This document shows, one piece after another, positions 9,862-20,346 of a DNA stretch of 64,000 nucleotides; position 1 is the stretch's first letter; every line of letters starts with the position of its first letter. The stretch covers positions 98,684 to 162,683 of IMG/VR virus record IMGVR_UViG_3300020577_006271, one strand, 5' to 3'. Below the pieces are notes generated by a model. The model was not told the origin of the DNA, did not search any database, and saw only the letters and a program-made list of their open reading frames with translations. Source of the DNA: a virus. Taxonomy: Duplodnaviria; Caudoviricetes. Position numbers and translations under genes: made by a program.

Positions 9862-10935
9862 TCACTTAACCAAATTTTTGAACTTATTTTTTAAAATTAT
9901 TTTATCAGACAATTCTTGCGACTGATTTATTTTTCTTTCTGGAAGTTTAAAGTCTTCAATTAATTGATCTATGGTTTTAGTTTCTTCTAGATTATTAGGT
10001 AGAGTTTCAGCAACATTATCTGTTTCCATTGGCATAATATTTTCTTCTGTTGGTGTAATTTGTATTTCAGACTCTTCATTAGATGGCTCGACATGTGTTA
10101 TTATTGAGTCTGTACTTAAATTTCTTTGATTAATTTTTAAGATTTCAATTCCTAAAATTAATAATGCTATAGCTAATGGATCAAAGACAAACACGATAAT
10201 CAATATTAAATAGTTGACAATAATATCAATATCCTGATTAGATATTTTTGCAATATACTTTAAAGGTCCTATATCTGCTACTGAATTTGAGTTTAGGCTC
10301 AAAGCATGTTTATTATTGCTAATTTTTTGTATTGAGTCATTAATAACACTTATTTTTGAATCAATATCATTAATCTTTTCATTATATTTAACTATTTGAT
10401 TATTAATTATTTGCTGAGATTTTAAATCATTTTTAATAATTAATTGTCCTGTCTTTTTATCAACTGTTTGATTAACTGTATTAATATTTTTAGTTAAATT
10501 TTCTAAATTTTTTATTATTCCATTTTTTTCATTTTCTTTAGAATCAATAATTTTTTGATAAGATTCAAGTTTTTTATCAAAGATTAAAATTTCAGATTCA
10601 TATATACTGTTTTTTACATACACATTTTGATATGCTGCTGATAAGAAACCATATATTCCCATTGAAGTAATCAGCATCAGTATTATTGTTGCTGGAACTA
10701 AGTAAATTCTTAATTTTAATGTTATGTCCTTCCAGAAAACCTTTAATGTTGCTGTTATAACCAATTTTGCCAATTCCAAAGTGGATGCCATTATGATAAC
10801 AGCTATAGCAGCACCTGAAAACAGTTTGCTTAAACCAATTATAGAATAAAATGCAGCAGTAATACTGACTATAATTCCTATTAATATTATTAATATTCCA
10901 TAATTTTTATAATTTATTTTATATTTTTCTTTCAT
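9862..10935 (-). CDS. Membrane protein with long coiled coil
   Basis: Three N-terminal TM helices, coiled coil, fourth TM with FVFDPLA. Confidence 0.7.
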   Translation of the reverse strand: MKEKYKINYKNYGILIILIGIIVSITAAFYSIIGLSKLFSGAAIAVIIMASTLELAKLVITATLKVFWKDITLKLRIYLVPATIILMLITSMGIYGFLSAAYQNVYVKNSIYESEILIFDKKLESYQKIIDSKENEKNGIIKNLENLTKNINTVNQTVDKKTGQLIIKNDLKSQQIINNQIVKYNEKINDIDSKISVINDSIQKISNNKHALSLNSNSVADIGPLKYIAKISNQDIDIIVNYLILIIVFVFDPLAIALLILGIEILKINQRNLSTDSIITHVEPSNEESEIQITPTEENIMPMETDNVAETLPNNLEETKTIDQLIEDFKLPERKINQSQELSDKIILKNKFKNLVK

Positions 10936-10975
10936 TTTTATAATTTATTTTTATAATTTATTTTTATAATTTATT
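10935..10975. repeat. AT-rich tandem repeat (TTTTTATAATTTA x3)
   Basis: 13-bp unit repeated three times; a related copy lies at ~10903. Confidence 0.6.
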
Positions 10976-11165
10976 TTATTAAATTTAAACTATATTTTCA
11001 GTCATTGTTGAAGTTACAACTTTTTTTTCACATTTCCAAATTTTTTCGAATTTATTTTTGAAAATATTTAAAAAATCTAACAGAATGATAGATCTATTAG
11101 AAGATATCTATTAATATATGATTTAATTTAGATAATATCTATTGTCAGATGATAAGTAAAATCAT

Positions 11166-11189
11166 AAAAAAAGCCTTATAATAAGGCTT
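11166..11189 (-). terminator. Intrinsic terminator
   Basis: AAGCCTTAT/ATAAGGCTT stem with T-run on the minus strand. Confidence 0.65.
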
Positions 11190-11205
11190 AATTTTAGACA
11201 AAGAT

Positions 11206-11520
11206 TTAAATTCCTAATTTTTCCCGTTTCCGCTGATTGTTATATGCAGTTTCAATAGTTTCTGCCAGTCTTAAATATTCAGGTCCGGTTAGTTCAATCC
11301 CATCTTTCCATTCATAATTTAATTTAGTATTAATACCACTTGGTTTGTTTTCGAAATATAATTCTTTTAATTCCTTAGAAGAAATCATAAATGTATTTTT
11401 ACCAATAGTCAGTTTACCTTTGCCGTTTAAATCAACGTATTCAATTGTATGAAACAATGGTCCAAAATGCTGAGTTTTCTTTGGATTAATAGCATAGTTA
11501 AGATTAACACTCATTTTCAA
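11206..11520 (-). CDS. Hypothetical protein
   Basis: 104 aa ORF. Confidence 0.55.
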   Translation of the reverse strand: MKMSVNLNYAINPKKTQHFGPLFHTIEYVDLNGKGKLTIGKNTFMISSKELKELYFENKPSGINTKLNYEWKDGIELTGPEYLRLAETIETAYNNQRKREKLGI

Positions 11521-12049
11521 TGATTATTTTGATGTAATTTAATGATTTATTAAAATTGATAGAAAAATTCAAATTATAATGTTTTAAATGATCTATCAGT
11601 TCTGTATAGTTTTGTGATTCTTTAATCAATATAATTAGTTTTCCAGAATTTGTAAATTTAATTAATTTAGGTATTAATATCGTATAAGGCTCATTAAATT
11701 TTTCATAATCTGAATCGATGAATATTGTATAATCGTGATTGATGTTGATAATTTCATCTTGATTTAACAAACATTCGTTATATGCAGGATATTTTTGTTT
11801 AGCTAAATCGTTATATCCCGTCTCCCTTGAGTTTATACCATGGTAGTTAATACTTTTATTATTAACCACACAAAAGTGCTTTAAATCTAACCTTAGGCAG
11901 TTTAAATCTAATAATTTACAGTTATCAACATTAACCAATGCAAATTTATATAATGAATCCATAGCAAAATTAGATTCAAACCCAATATATTGTGAATCTG
12001 ATAATTGATAGTCTGTTAATTTTACGCTAAACTCTGAAAGTCTTTTCAT
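11504..12049 (-). CDS. Degenerate class I methyltransferase-like protein
   Basis: KLLDLNC...DL...YHGIN resembles SAM motif I without its glycines. Confidence 0.35.
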   Translation of the reverse strand: MKRLSEFSVKLTDYQLSDSQYIGFESNFAMDSLYKFALVNVDNCKLLDLNCLRLDLKHFCVVNNKSINYHGINSRETGYNDLAKQKYPAYNECLLNQDEIININHDYTIFIDSDYEKFNEPYTILIPKLIKFTNSGKLIILIKESQNYTELIDHLKHYNLNFSINFNKSLNYIKIIIENEC

Positions 12050-13009
12050 TTACAATTTTTTAAGTTCTGCCATCAAGACTGGATGTGGATAAACATCTAC
12101 TTTATCTAATCTTACATTTGTATGTGACCAAATTCCACCTAATGAACTTCCATCGCGACATAGTGCAGAATTTAATTCTAACGCATCCCACGGATCTTTA
12201 GATTTTAATAAATAAGGTAGGCCTTTCTTAATATCAATATTTTCAGATTTTCCTATATCAATTATTAATTTAATTAATGAATCTATTTGTGCTTGAGAAT
12301 AAGCATGCCAGTGTTTAAATCCCCTAAATGCTTTTGAAAGGGTTATAACCTGAGATTTATCAACTTCAGTATTAACATAGGTATAAAATTTACCACTTTT
12401 TTCAGTTAACTGTCCAAATGAACATAACTCAATTGATATAGATTCAGTGGTTAGATTACTTGGTAAATTTCCACCTAGATGGTAGGCATGGTTTTTATGG
12501 TCAATTGCTTTTACAATTTCTCCATCATGGCGTCTGTCTCCAGTTTTTGCATTAATTCCCCCGATGACATAATGCGTGCCAATGGCACCCCGTGTGTCTT
12601 TATTCCAATCATCAACTACTGCATACGGATTACTCCATCCTGCAGTATGGTGAATGAATATTAATTTCTTTTTATTAGTCTGATTTATGTATTGCCCAGA
12701 ATTTAATTTATAATCTTTAATTTTACTGAATAATTCCATATAATCTGTGGTTATGTTTGGTATAATGACCACTTTATCCTCAATATAATTAGTTGGGGTC
12801 GCCGACTTAATGATATTCTCCGGCTCAGTTAATTCTATTCCGGTTCGTTTTTCTAAACGAGTTAAGGTTGAATCATCGATTATTCCAGATGGAAACAATC
12901 CACTTGTCAGTTGGAAATTTTTAAGTGCTGCTTTGGTAAATTTATCTAAAAATCCAGTCTGTGTGACTTTTAAAGCTTCTTGAACTTTGTTAATTGAAAA
13001 TTTTCTCAT
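12050..13009 (-). CDS. N-acetylmuramoyl-L-alanine amidase with peptidoglycan-binding domain
   Basis: IFIHHTAG, HAYHLG, SISIEL and SHTNVRLDKVD motifs; N-terminal TKAALKNFQ...GI PG-binding motif; likely start MRKFS at 13009. Confidence 0.85.
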   Translation of the reverse strand: MRKFSINKVQEALKVTQTGFLDKFTKAALKNFQLTSGLFPSGIIDDSTLTRLEKRTGIELTEPENIIKSATPTNYIEDKVVIIPNITTDYMELFSKIKDYKLNSGQYINQTNKKKLIFIHHTAGWSNPYAVVDDWNKDTRGAIGTHYVIGGINAKTGDRRHDGEIVKAIDHKNHAYHLGGNLPSNLTTESISIELCSFGQLTEKSGKFYTYVNTEVDKSQVITLSKAFRGFKHWHAYSQAQIDSLIKLIIDIGKSENIDIKKGLPYLLKSKDPWDALELNSALCRDGSSLGGIWSHTNVRLDKVDVYPHPVLMAELKKL

Positions 13010-13500
13010 GGTGTGGTTTTTAGTGAAGCGGAAGACCAAGGAATAGTAACGCCTGTATAATAATTTGTATAGGTCCCTGTCATGGTTACCATATGCACGG
13101 CCACAACTCCTTGAAGAATCGAAAGCCAAATATCAATATTATTATTTTCAACAACCGGAGGACCCTTAAAGACTCCAGTATTTGATATTATTACAGTGCC
13201 AAGCGATCCAACAATTGTTAATCCTGACCAGTAAGCTTTGATATATGGCGCAATATCATTAAAAAAATTGACACGCCTGTCACTTAATTTATTTTTTCTT
13301 AATATTGCTTCAATGCCCGAACGCAATACCGGAACTTTAACTGAAGATCCAATTACTTTGCCACCACCTGTAATGATATCGAAATGTCTTAAAACAAGTT
13401 TATCGTATGCAGAAGCTAATACACGAGCAACCTTTCGATCATCGTCATGTTGTTTAAATAATTTTAATTTTAATTCACTTTTAAATAATTGGTAAGACAT
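13006..13500 (-). CDS. Hypothetical protein
   Basis: 164 aa ORF coupled to neighbours. Confidence 0.6.
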   Translation of the reverse strand: MSYQLFKSELKLKLFKQHDDDRKVARVLASAYDKLVLRHFDIITGGGKVIGSSVKVPVLRSGIEAILRKNKLSDRRVNFFNDIAPYIKAYWSGLTIVGSLGTVIISNTGVFKGPPVVENNNIDIWLSILQGVVAVHMVTMTGTYTNYYTGVTIPWSSASLKTTP

Positions 13501-14180
13501 TATATTAAATCATAAAACGCAAACGGAATAACACTAATTAAATCAGCTGATATATCAATATTTTTTGCAGTATGTATTCCTTCAGTGAAATATGATTGGT
13601 TACTCATTGTACATCCAGTCACTTCGGCTGTTCCACCTATCATAGCGGTATCTTTAAGAATACAGTTCGTTACCTTGGCGTCTTTAATGATATACACACC
13701 ATCAGTCAGCAAACTATTTTTTACTTTCGCGTTTCCGAAAACCATTGCCGAATTAAATATTTTTGTTGATGTTACATTGGCATGACCTTTAACGATTGCT
13801 AAATCTGCAATCCACGAATCATCGACTACTGCATTGTCGAAAACTGTAGCATATCCACTTAGGTATGAATTTGATACCGTAGAGTTGCCAAATACTTTGG
13901 CTTGGTCAACAATCACTGCGTTGGTAACTTTTGCATTTCCCCAAACTTTTGCATTTCCTTCTACCCAGCTGTTACCTTCAAGATTATCTAATGATTCTAC
14001 ATATCCGCCAATTGTATGTTTTTCGATAAATACATTCGTCCATTCGTGTAGAACATTAATTTTATTCGGAACTGGTATTCGTATATTGATAGCTTTTGTG
14101 GATATTATCCGATAAAGCTTGATTGATTTATCGTTTTGTTTAATTGTAATTGAATCGTGCTCTAATAGTGCAATTTGCAT
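13500..14180 (-). CDS. Left-handed beta-helix (hexapeptide-like repeat) protein
   Basis: KLYRI...GGYVES..NL followed by repeated AKVWGN/AKVFGN units. Confidence 0.7.
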   Translation of the reverse strand: MQIALLEHDSITIKQNDKSIKLYRIISTKAINIRIPVPNKINVLHEWTNVFIEKHTIGGYVESLDNLEGNSWVEGNAKVWGNAKVTNAVIVDQAKVFGNSTVSNSYLSGYATVFDNAVVDDSWIADLAIVKGHANVTSTKIFNSAMVFGNAKVKNSLLTDGVYIIKDAKVTNCILKDTAMIGGTAEVTGCTMSNQSYFTEGIHTAKNIDISADLISVIPFAFYDLI

Positions 14181-14265
14181 TTTTATATTTTTTAGTCTAA
14201 AATAATTAGTTTAAAATTTGGTTATCTCAATATTTTTGTGTATATTAAGTTCAAAATTAAAAAAC

Positions 14266-14808
14266 ATGACATATAAACATTTAATGGTTGACATAGAAAC
14301 ATTAGGAACCACCACAGAAGCAGCAATGCTATCTATTGGAATTGTTCCATTTAATTCAATATTAGATATAGGACCAAAAGTTTTGTACGAGATATGTCTA
14401 AAGGATGCACTTCAATTTGGAAAGCTTTCTAGTGAAACATTACAGTGGTGGACTAATCAACCACCAGAACAATACAAAAAATTAATTACTTCAGGTAATT
14501 TAAAGACATTAGATGCTTTAAAGGGCCTTCAAGGTATTTGTGATTATCTAATGGTAGATGGATTTAAAATTTGGGCAAACGGTCCTGATTTTGACTTGGA
14601 AATAATTGAACATAAAATGAGCCAATTAAATATTACTCCACCGTGGACTCCATGGAATCAAAGATGTGTTCGCACTATTAAGGCAATTGATCCAACTTTA
14701 GCTAAATCATTTATTAATCTAGAAAAACATGACCCAGTCCAAGATTGTTTAGTTCAAATTAATCAAGTTTGCGCTATTAATGAAAAATACAAATTGAATT
14801 TAATTTAA
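14266..14808 (+). CDS. DEDDh 3'-5' exonuclease (DexA-like)
   Basis: MVDIETLG, WANGPDFD, RCVRT and HDPVQDC motifs. Confidence 0.85.
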   Translation: MTYKHLMVDIETLGTTTEAAMLSIGIVPFNSILDIGPKVLYEICLKDALQFGKLSSETLQWWTNQPPEQYKKLITSGNLKTLDALKGLQGICDYLMVDGFKIWANGPDFDLEIIEHKMSQLNITPPWTPWNQRCVRTIKAIDPTLAKSFINLEKHDPVQDCLVQINQVCAINEKYKLNLI

Positions 14809-14864
14809 ATAAATGTTAATTTTTTAAAAATGTAACTTTCATTAATTTAATTGTTGTATGTTTG
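14803..14864 (+). promoter_or_regulatory. TGTTAA-box / TAnnTTTG promoter
   Basis: TGTTAA at 14814; TATGTTTG at 14857 (43 bp offset). Confidence 0.65.
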
Positions 14865-14880
14865 TTGAAAATTTTTTAAA

Positions 14881-15171
14881 ATGAATTGGCGAAAAATTTT
14901 CTGTACATGTGCATTATCTTTAGTGATATTAACATCATGCCATAAATATGATGGACCAACAATTACGAAATATTTTGTAATATATTATGAGAATCATGTT
15001 GATACCATACAAGTCACCGGGGCAAGAATTGACACTAGAATAAGAGGATTCTTATCTGAAATTCGCAGATATCCTAGATCAGTTGATTCATGCTGTAAAC
15101 AGTATGATGTAATTATAGTGACACGTGGTGAAATTAGAGAAATTAATAAACAAGATATATGGCCAGAGTGA
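14881..15171 (+). CDS. Putative lipoprotein
   Basis: Signal peptide with LTSC lipobox. Confidence 0.55.
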   Translation: MNWRKIFCTCALSLVILTSCHKYDGPTITKYFVIYYENHVDTIQVTGARIDTRIRGFLSEIRRYPRSVDSCCKQYDVIIVTRGEIREINKQDIWPE

Positions 15172-15620
15172 ACGTGGGTATTGATCCTAAGTGTATGACT
15201 GACCAACATCTTCTTGCCGAGTCAGTAGAAATAACCATGATAACTGGGCATTTAAGATCGCAAGGATATAAAATTAAGGGAAATATTCCAATGAAATTTT
15301 CATTAGGAAAAGGTCACGTGACATTTTTTAAAAATAAATTAACGTATTTGCAAAATAGATTATATGAAGTTAATTGTGAGCTGTTAAGACGGGGATTTAA
15401 CCCGTCTACTAATATTAATTTATCTGAATTCCCTAATCAATTGATAAATGACTGGAAGCCAAAGGTAGAAGATTCACATCTTGTTAGGATTAGAATGGTT
15501 GATAGAATAGTAAATCCGTTAAAGGCAACTAATAATTTTCATAAATTTAAACGGTCTGAAATTTATAATATGCAAGATTTCACTAATAATATTTTAACAC
15601 ATAAATTAAATTTTGTTTGA
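15159..15620 (+). CDS. denV: Pyrimidine dimer DNA glycosylase / endonuclease V
   Basis: RVN...DQHLLAE...F.LG.GHV.FF..KL.YL..R...E...RG. Confidence 0.85.
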   Translation: MARVNVGIDPKCMTDQHLLAESVEITMITGHLRSQGYKIKGNIPMKFSLGKGHVTFFKNKLTYLQNRLYEVNCELLRRGFNPSTNINLSEFPNQLINDWKPKVEDSHLVRIRMVDRIVNPLKATNNFHKFKRSEIYNMQDFTNNILTHKLNFV

Positions 15621-16022
15621 ATGAAAATGCAAACATTAACAAGATTACAATTAATAACACTTTACACCCAATTTAATTGTAATTTATGGAGATCTGAAAT
15701 AAAGACATTATTATCTGCAGATCCGTTGGCAACCGATGACACCGATATAGTAATACCACAGGCATTAATTGTTAAATTAAAACAGAAGGGTTTAAGTGTA
15801 CAATTAGATGCAGTAATGAAAATGGGAATAGAATTAGATGATGATCACACAATTATACCTGACGACGGTCAAACAATTCGTTTCCATGGTGCTCTACTGA
15901 TTGGACGGAGAATCAAAGGCATATATGTAGGCAAATCCTTTTTCCTGTCAGAAGACTTTAATTGGGAAATAAAGGAAGATGATGAAGGTGCAATGTGTCT
16001 AATACCAACTAAAAAGAAATGA
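15621..16022 (+). CDS. Hypothetical protein
   Basis: 133 aa ORF. Confidence 0.55.
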   Translation: MKMQTLTRLQLITLYTQFNCNLWRSEIKTLLSADPLATDDTDIVIPQALIVKLKQKGLSVQLDAVMKMGIELDDDHTIIPDDGQTIRFHGALLIGRRIKGIYVGKSFFLSEDFNWEIKEDDEGAMCLIPTKKK

Positions 16023-16285
16023 GGGTTTTAATATTTTTATCGTTAATGTTTGTAATTGCATGTGGTCAAAAACGTGCATGTACAAAAGATGCTTACCATT
16101 GTGAAACGTTCGTGGTATATTATCCCGATGAATATGATACATTGACTGTTAACTGCTGTGAAGCTTGGACACAATCCATTCATGGTATAACCCACATAAT
16201 GTATCGAGATAGTCTTGGCAAGATAGAGACTTTATATTCATCAATATCCACACCTGTTAAATCAATCAACTGTAATGATAACTAA
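16019..16285 (+). CDS. Putative lipoprotein
   Basis: VIAC lipobox; FVVYY...DT motif resembles 14881-15171. Confidence 0.5.
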   Translation: MRVLIFLSLMFVIACGQKRACTKDAYHCETFVVYYPDEYDTLTVNCCEAWTQSIHGITHIMYRDSLGKIETLYSSISTPVKSINCNDN

Positions 16286-16743
16286 AATTAATCTAGACCA
16301 AGTTACTTCAATTAATATCATCATACGGGGTGCTTTCCTTCAAACATGGACGTAATTTGCAAGGATGAATTTTTGTACATAGATTCAAATGTTGTATATT
16401 ATTTGCCACATATAGAATTTAGATTATCTGATGGAACTATACGCACTCAATACTTCAACACGTCCAATGAATTGGATCTTTTTCTACAATCTGAACAAAT
16501 GGTGAAAATTAATTGGTTAACACTTAACTAATAATTTTTTAAAAATAATCATTGAAAAATTTGGTTATTTGAAATATTTTTTGTATATTGTATAAAAATT
16601 AGGTTTTCAAGGAAACGTTGGGTTAAATTCGATGTGGATTATTGGCATATTTACTAAAGAACAATTATGCAACATCCATGATATCATTGTATATAGGATT
16701 TCGTGTTATGATAATATACAAACAAAATTAAATTTAATTTTAA

Positions 16744-17331
16744 ATGAAGCAACTAGAAAAAGAAAAGATAATCAATAAAGCAGCTAAAGAATATGCCAAA
16801 TTCATGGATGTGTTATTACCTGACTGGAAAGAAGATAAAAATATGGTTGATACTCCAATGCGAGTCTCCCGTGCATTTGTTGAAGATATATTCTCGGGAT
16901 TATATGATGACAATTTTAAAATCACAGCCTTTCCAAATGATGGTTATGATGGATTGGTGATGCAATGTAATATACCAGTCAAGAGTATATGCTCACACCA
17001 CCACCAGATAATCGATGGCATAGCTCATGTCGCATATATACCCGGCGATACAGTAATAGGATTATCCAAATTAAATAGAACGGTTGATTATTTTGCCAGG
17101 AGACCACAATTACAAGAAACATTAACTATTCAAATTCATGATTTTATAAGCAATATTTGTATAGGAAATGCTGGTGTAGCTGTAATTATTAAAGCGAAGC
17201 ATGCATGTTGTTCACACCGAGGGATCAAACACGATTCTGATATGCAAACGATTAAAATATCAGGTGCATTTAAAGATGATTCCAAAGTTAGAGAAGAATT
17301 TTACAGCTTGATTCAAAATGCTAAAAGGTAA
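16744..17331 (+). CDS. folE: GTP cyclohydrolase I
   Basis: DTPMRV, SICSHH, AYIP...IGLSKLNR, RRPQLQE and HAC..HRG. Confidence 0.95.
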   Translation: MKQLEKEKIINKAAKEYAKFMDVLLPDWKEDKNMVDTPMRVSRAFVEDIFSGLYDDNFKITAFPNDGYDGLVMQCNIPVKSICSHHHQIIDGIAHVAYIPGDTVIGLSKLNRTVDYFARRPQLQETLTIQIHDFISNICIGNAGVAVIIKAKHACCSHRGIKHDSDMQTIKISGAFKDDSKVREEFYSLIQNAKR

Positions 17332-17421
17332 TACGACAATGATGACATCCAAAATATCAGGGGCTTTTAAGACACAACCTGAAGTCAGGGAAGAATTTTA
17401 TAATTTTATTAAAAGATTGAA

Positions 17422-18582
17422 ATGATAAATGTAGGAATAATTGGATTAGGCAACTGCGCAAGTTCACTAATCCAAGGCATAGAATATTATACAATGTATC
17501 CAGAAAAACTTTCCGGATTAATGATGAAAGATATTGGTGGGTATTTACCAAAGGATATTAATGTTGTAGCGGCATTTGATATTGATAGTCGTAAGATTGG
17601 AAAACCAATCAAAGATGCAATTTGGGAGAAGCCTAATTGTACTATACAACTTTACAAAGATGTTAAAAACATGACTGTAATTGAAAAAGCTCCGGTTTTA
17701 GATGGTTATGCTAATATTATGGATGCATATCCGGAGTCAGATAGATTCTTAGTAACAGAAGAACTAAGAAATAATACAGATTTGGGCCGTAGTATAGCAT
17801 TGGATACAGATTATATCTTGGGTTTAAAAACAAGAATTATACATGTATTAAAAGAAAATAATGTAACCATATTAATTAACTATTTACCGGTTGGGTCACA
17901 AATAGCAACTGAATGGTGGGCCGAAATCTGCTTAGAAACGGGTATATCTTTTTTAAACTGTATTCCGGTTTTTATAGCATCTAATCCAGTTTGGGATCAA
18001 AAATTCAAAGACAAAAACATTCCAATTATTGGAGATGATATGAAAAGTGAATTCGGTGCATCGATAGTATCACAAATTTTGCAAGAATTAGCTTTTGCGC
18101 GTGGACATCACGTTAAGTGTCATATTCAACGAAATATTGGAGGTAATACAGATTTTTTAAATATGGAAGATAAATCCAGATTAAAATCTAAAAAAATATC
18201 AAAGGAAAATGTTATAAGATCCCAAAATGACATTCGTGGTATTTCAACCGAAAACACTTTTTTACATGCCGGACCTTCGGAATATATTTCGTATTTTAAA
18301 GATAATAAAGTTGCTAATTTTCACATAGAATTGGAAGGATTTATGGGTAGCCCAGTAATTTTAGATGCTCAATTATCAGTTCAAGATTCTCCAAATTCTG
18401 CTGGAGTAGTAATCGATGCTATTAGATATTTATCCGTGGCTCGAGAAATGGGTTTAAAGGGCTCATTAAAAGGCGCCAGCGCTTGGACGCAAAAAACCCC
18501 TCCAATTCAAATGACAAGCGAGCAAGCGCAAAAAGAATGCCAAACATTAGCTAATAGAGATAAAAGCTTTTTTACAAAATGA
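17422..18582 (+). CDS. ino1: myo-inositol-1-phosphate synthase
   Basis: GLGNCASSLIQG, YLPVGS, GDDMKS, GGNTDFLNM, RLKSKKISK and DSPNSAG. Confidence 0.95.
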   Translation: MINVGIIGLGNCASSLIQGIEYYTMYPEKLSGLMMKDIGGYLPKDINVVAAFDIDSRKIGKPIKDAIWEKPNCTIQLYKDVKNMTVIEKAPVLDGYANIMDAYPESDRFLVTEELRNNTDLGRSIALDTDYILGLKTRIIHVLKENNVTILINYLPVGSQIATEWWAEICLETGISFLNCIPVFIASNPVWDQKFKDKNIPIIGDDMKSEFGASIVSQILQELAFARGHHVKCHIQRNIGGNTDFLNMEDKSRLKSKKISKENVIRSQNDIRGISTENTFLHAGPSEYISYFKDNKVANFHIELEGFMGSPVILDAQLSVQDSPNSAGVVIDAIRYLSVAREMGLKGSLKGASAWTQKTPPIQMTSEQAQKECQTLANRDKSFFTK

Positions 18583-19202
18583 TCAAGATAGATTCGAATA
18601 TAAACATGAGAGAATATGGATCGCATTATTTTAATGGATTTTTAGATTTTCTTATGTTTGTTAATAAAAATATAAGAACTTGTAACACCATTATCGAAAT
18701 AGGATCATTTAAAGGAGAATATAGTTCATTAATCTTGAAGCATATTCATGGTAATCCAATATTATATTGTGTTGATCCATGGAATGACATGCCGGATAAT
18801 TCGGATATTTTACAAGGCATAAATTTTTCAAATATAGAAAAGATTTTTGACGAGACATTAATTAGTTTTAACAATTTTAAGAAAATAAAATCCACATCAG
18901 ACGAATTTATTCAAAGTAATACAATTAATTCGGTTGATTTGGTTTATATAGATGGATTACACACTTATGATCAAGTTAAAAGGGATATAGAAAACTATTT
19001 ACCATTAATTAAATCCGGTGGAATTTTAGCAGGTCACGATTATCATATACCAATACCGCATGAAGAATATCCCTTTTATTATGACATCGATAAACAACAA
19101 AAAATACGACATCAAGTTGGATTAGCAGTCGATGAACTTTTATTAAAAGATTATAAAATTTATACATTCGAAGATACATCATGGGCAATAATAAAAAAAT
19201 AA
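18579..19202 (+). CDS. Class I SAM-dependent methyltransferase (Methyltransf_24-like)
   Basis: IIEIGSFKG, CVDPW, DLVYIDGLHTY and GGILAGHDY. Confidence 0.9.
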   Translation: MIKIDSNINMREYGSHYFNGFLDFLMFVNKNIRTCNTIIEIGSFKGEYSSLILKHIHGNPILYCVDPWNDMPDNSDILQGINFSNIEKIFDETLISFNNFKKIKSTSDEFIQSNTINSVDLVYIDGLHTYDQVKRDIENYLPLIKSGGILAGHDYHIPIPHEEYPFYYDIDKQQKIRHQVGLAVDELLLKDYKIYTFEDTSWAIIKK

Positions 19203-20008
19203 TCATTTTATATAGTGGCGGATTAGATTCATTTATATTATATCATTGGACTAAACAAAAATATCCAAGTTACGAAATTAAATGTATTTATTATGATTAT
19301 GGAAATCCTGTTTGCCAAACTGAAATTTCTAAATTACCTGAATTTGTAATAGTTAAAAATATAGAGTGGTTCGACAATTCAGCAGAAAAATTAGTTGGCA
19401 AAAAAACAGAAAATCATAAAGGAAACATTTACATTCCAGGTAGAAATATGGTCTTCGCTGTGTTGGCAGCTGCACAAGAATTACCAGATTATATTTTTAT
19501 GGGTGGACTGTATGAAGAAGCACACCAGGCAGCAACAGACAAGAATGTTGAATTCATACATAAATTTAATGAATTAGTGAATTATGTATTATCTCCGTTT
19601 AAAGATAAAATTTTATTAGTATTCCCATTTGTCGACGAATCATACACTAAATCAATGGTAATAGATTGGGCGTTAACTAATGGGATAAGCCCTGATATAT
19701 TAGGAAAATTATACAGCTGCTTTAATTATTCGGAAAATGGATTACCTTGTGGAGAATGCCATTCTTGTATGCGTAGTTTTTCTTTCTTTTACAAAAAAGG
19801 AATCCCAATTAAATTTAATCGACACCCATTTTTTGAATCGAATTTTGGTATTAATTATTTACAACGATCAATCCAAATGTTAGAAGCATCACATTATGAC
19901 CGAATTTTACTTCAAGATTTAGATTATGGTGCAATTAAATCATTTTTAATTGATTACAATATTGATCAATTATTAGTTGATAGAATTGATAAATTTTTAG
20001 AAATATGA
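19181..20008 (+). CDS. queC: 7-cyano-7-deazaguanine synthase QueC-like
   Basis: PP-loop YSGGLDS, YIPGRN and Zn site C-x9-CGECHSC. Confidence 0.85.
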   Translation: MGNNKKIIILYSGGLDSFILYHWTKQKYPSYEIKCIYYDYGNPVCQTEISKLPEFVIVKNIEWFDNSAEKLVGKKTENHKGNIYIPGRNMVFAVLAAAQELPDYIFMGGLYEEAHQAATDKNVEFIHKFNELVNYVLSPFKDKILLVFPFVDESYTKSMVIDWALTNGISPDILGKLYSCFNYSENGLPCGECHSCMRSFSFFYKKGIPIKFNRHPFFESNFGINYLQRSIQMLEASHYDRILLQDLDYGAIKSFLIDYNIDQLLVDRIDKFLEI

Positions 20009-20346
20009 ATATTGGCTTTGATTTCGATGGAACAATAACTAAAAATCCATGGTTATTTAAACAATTAATTGACATGTTTAGATCAGTTAATGGTGTCAAT
20101 ACCGTATATATTATTTCTGGAACATCCGACAACGACAGATATAAATTATTAAATGAATTAAAATCTTTTAATATTACGGTAAATCCAGAAAATATTATTA
20201 CTAAGCCAGAATCGGGAAATATTTCCGATGTAACAATGTGGAAATATAATTTAGTAGACGAATTAAAAATTCGATTATATATCGAAAATCGAGAAGAAAC
20301 AGCAATAAAACTATCAGAATTATGCACAATTTTTAAAATTATTTAA
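20005..20346 (+). CDS. HAD-superfamily phosphatase (cap-less)
   Basis: IGFDFDGTI motif I; IISG motif II. Confidence 0.75.
   Translation: MNIGFDFDGTITKNPWLFKQLIDMFRSVNGVNTVYIISGTSDNDRYKLLNELKSFNITVNPENIITKPESGNISDVTMWKYNLVDELKIRLYIENREETAIKLSELCTIFKII

Noticed and set aside
10936-11205. Replication origin
   Set aside because: AT-rich repeats and small palindromes are present, but a promoter, a terminator and slippage repeats explain most of it; no independent evidence.
16590-16743. preQ1 riboswitch upstream of folE
   Set aside because: Only weak AT-rich hairpins; no preQ1-I consensus recognisable.
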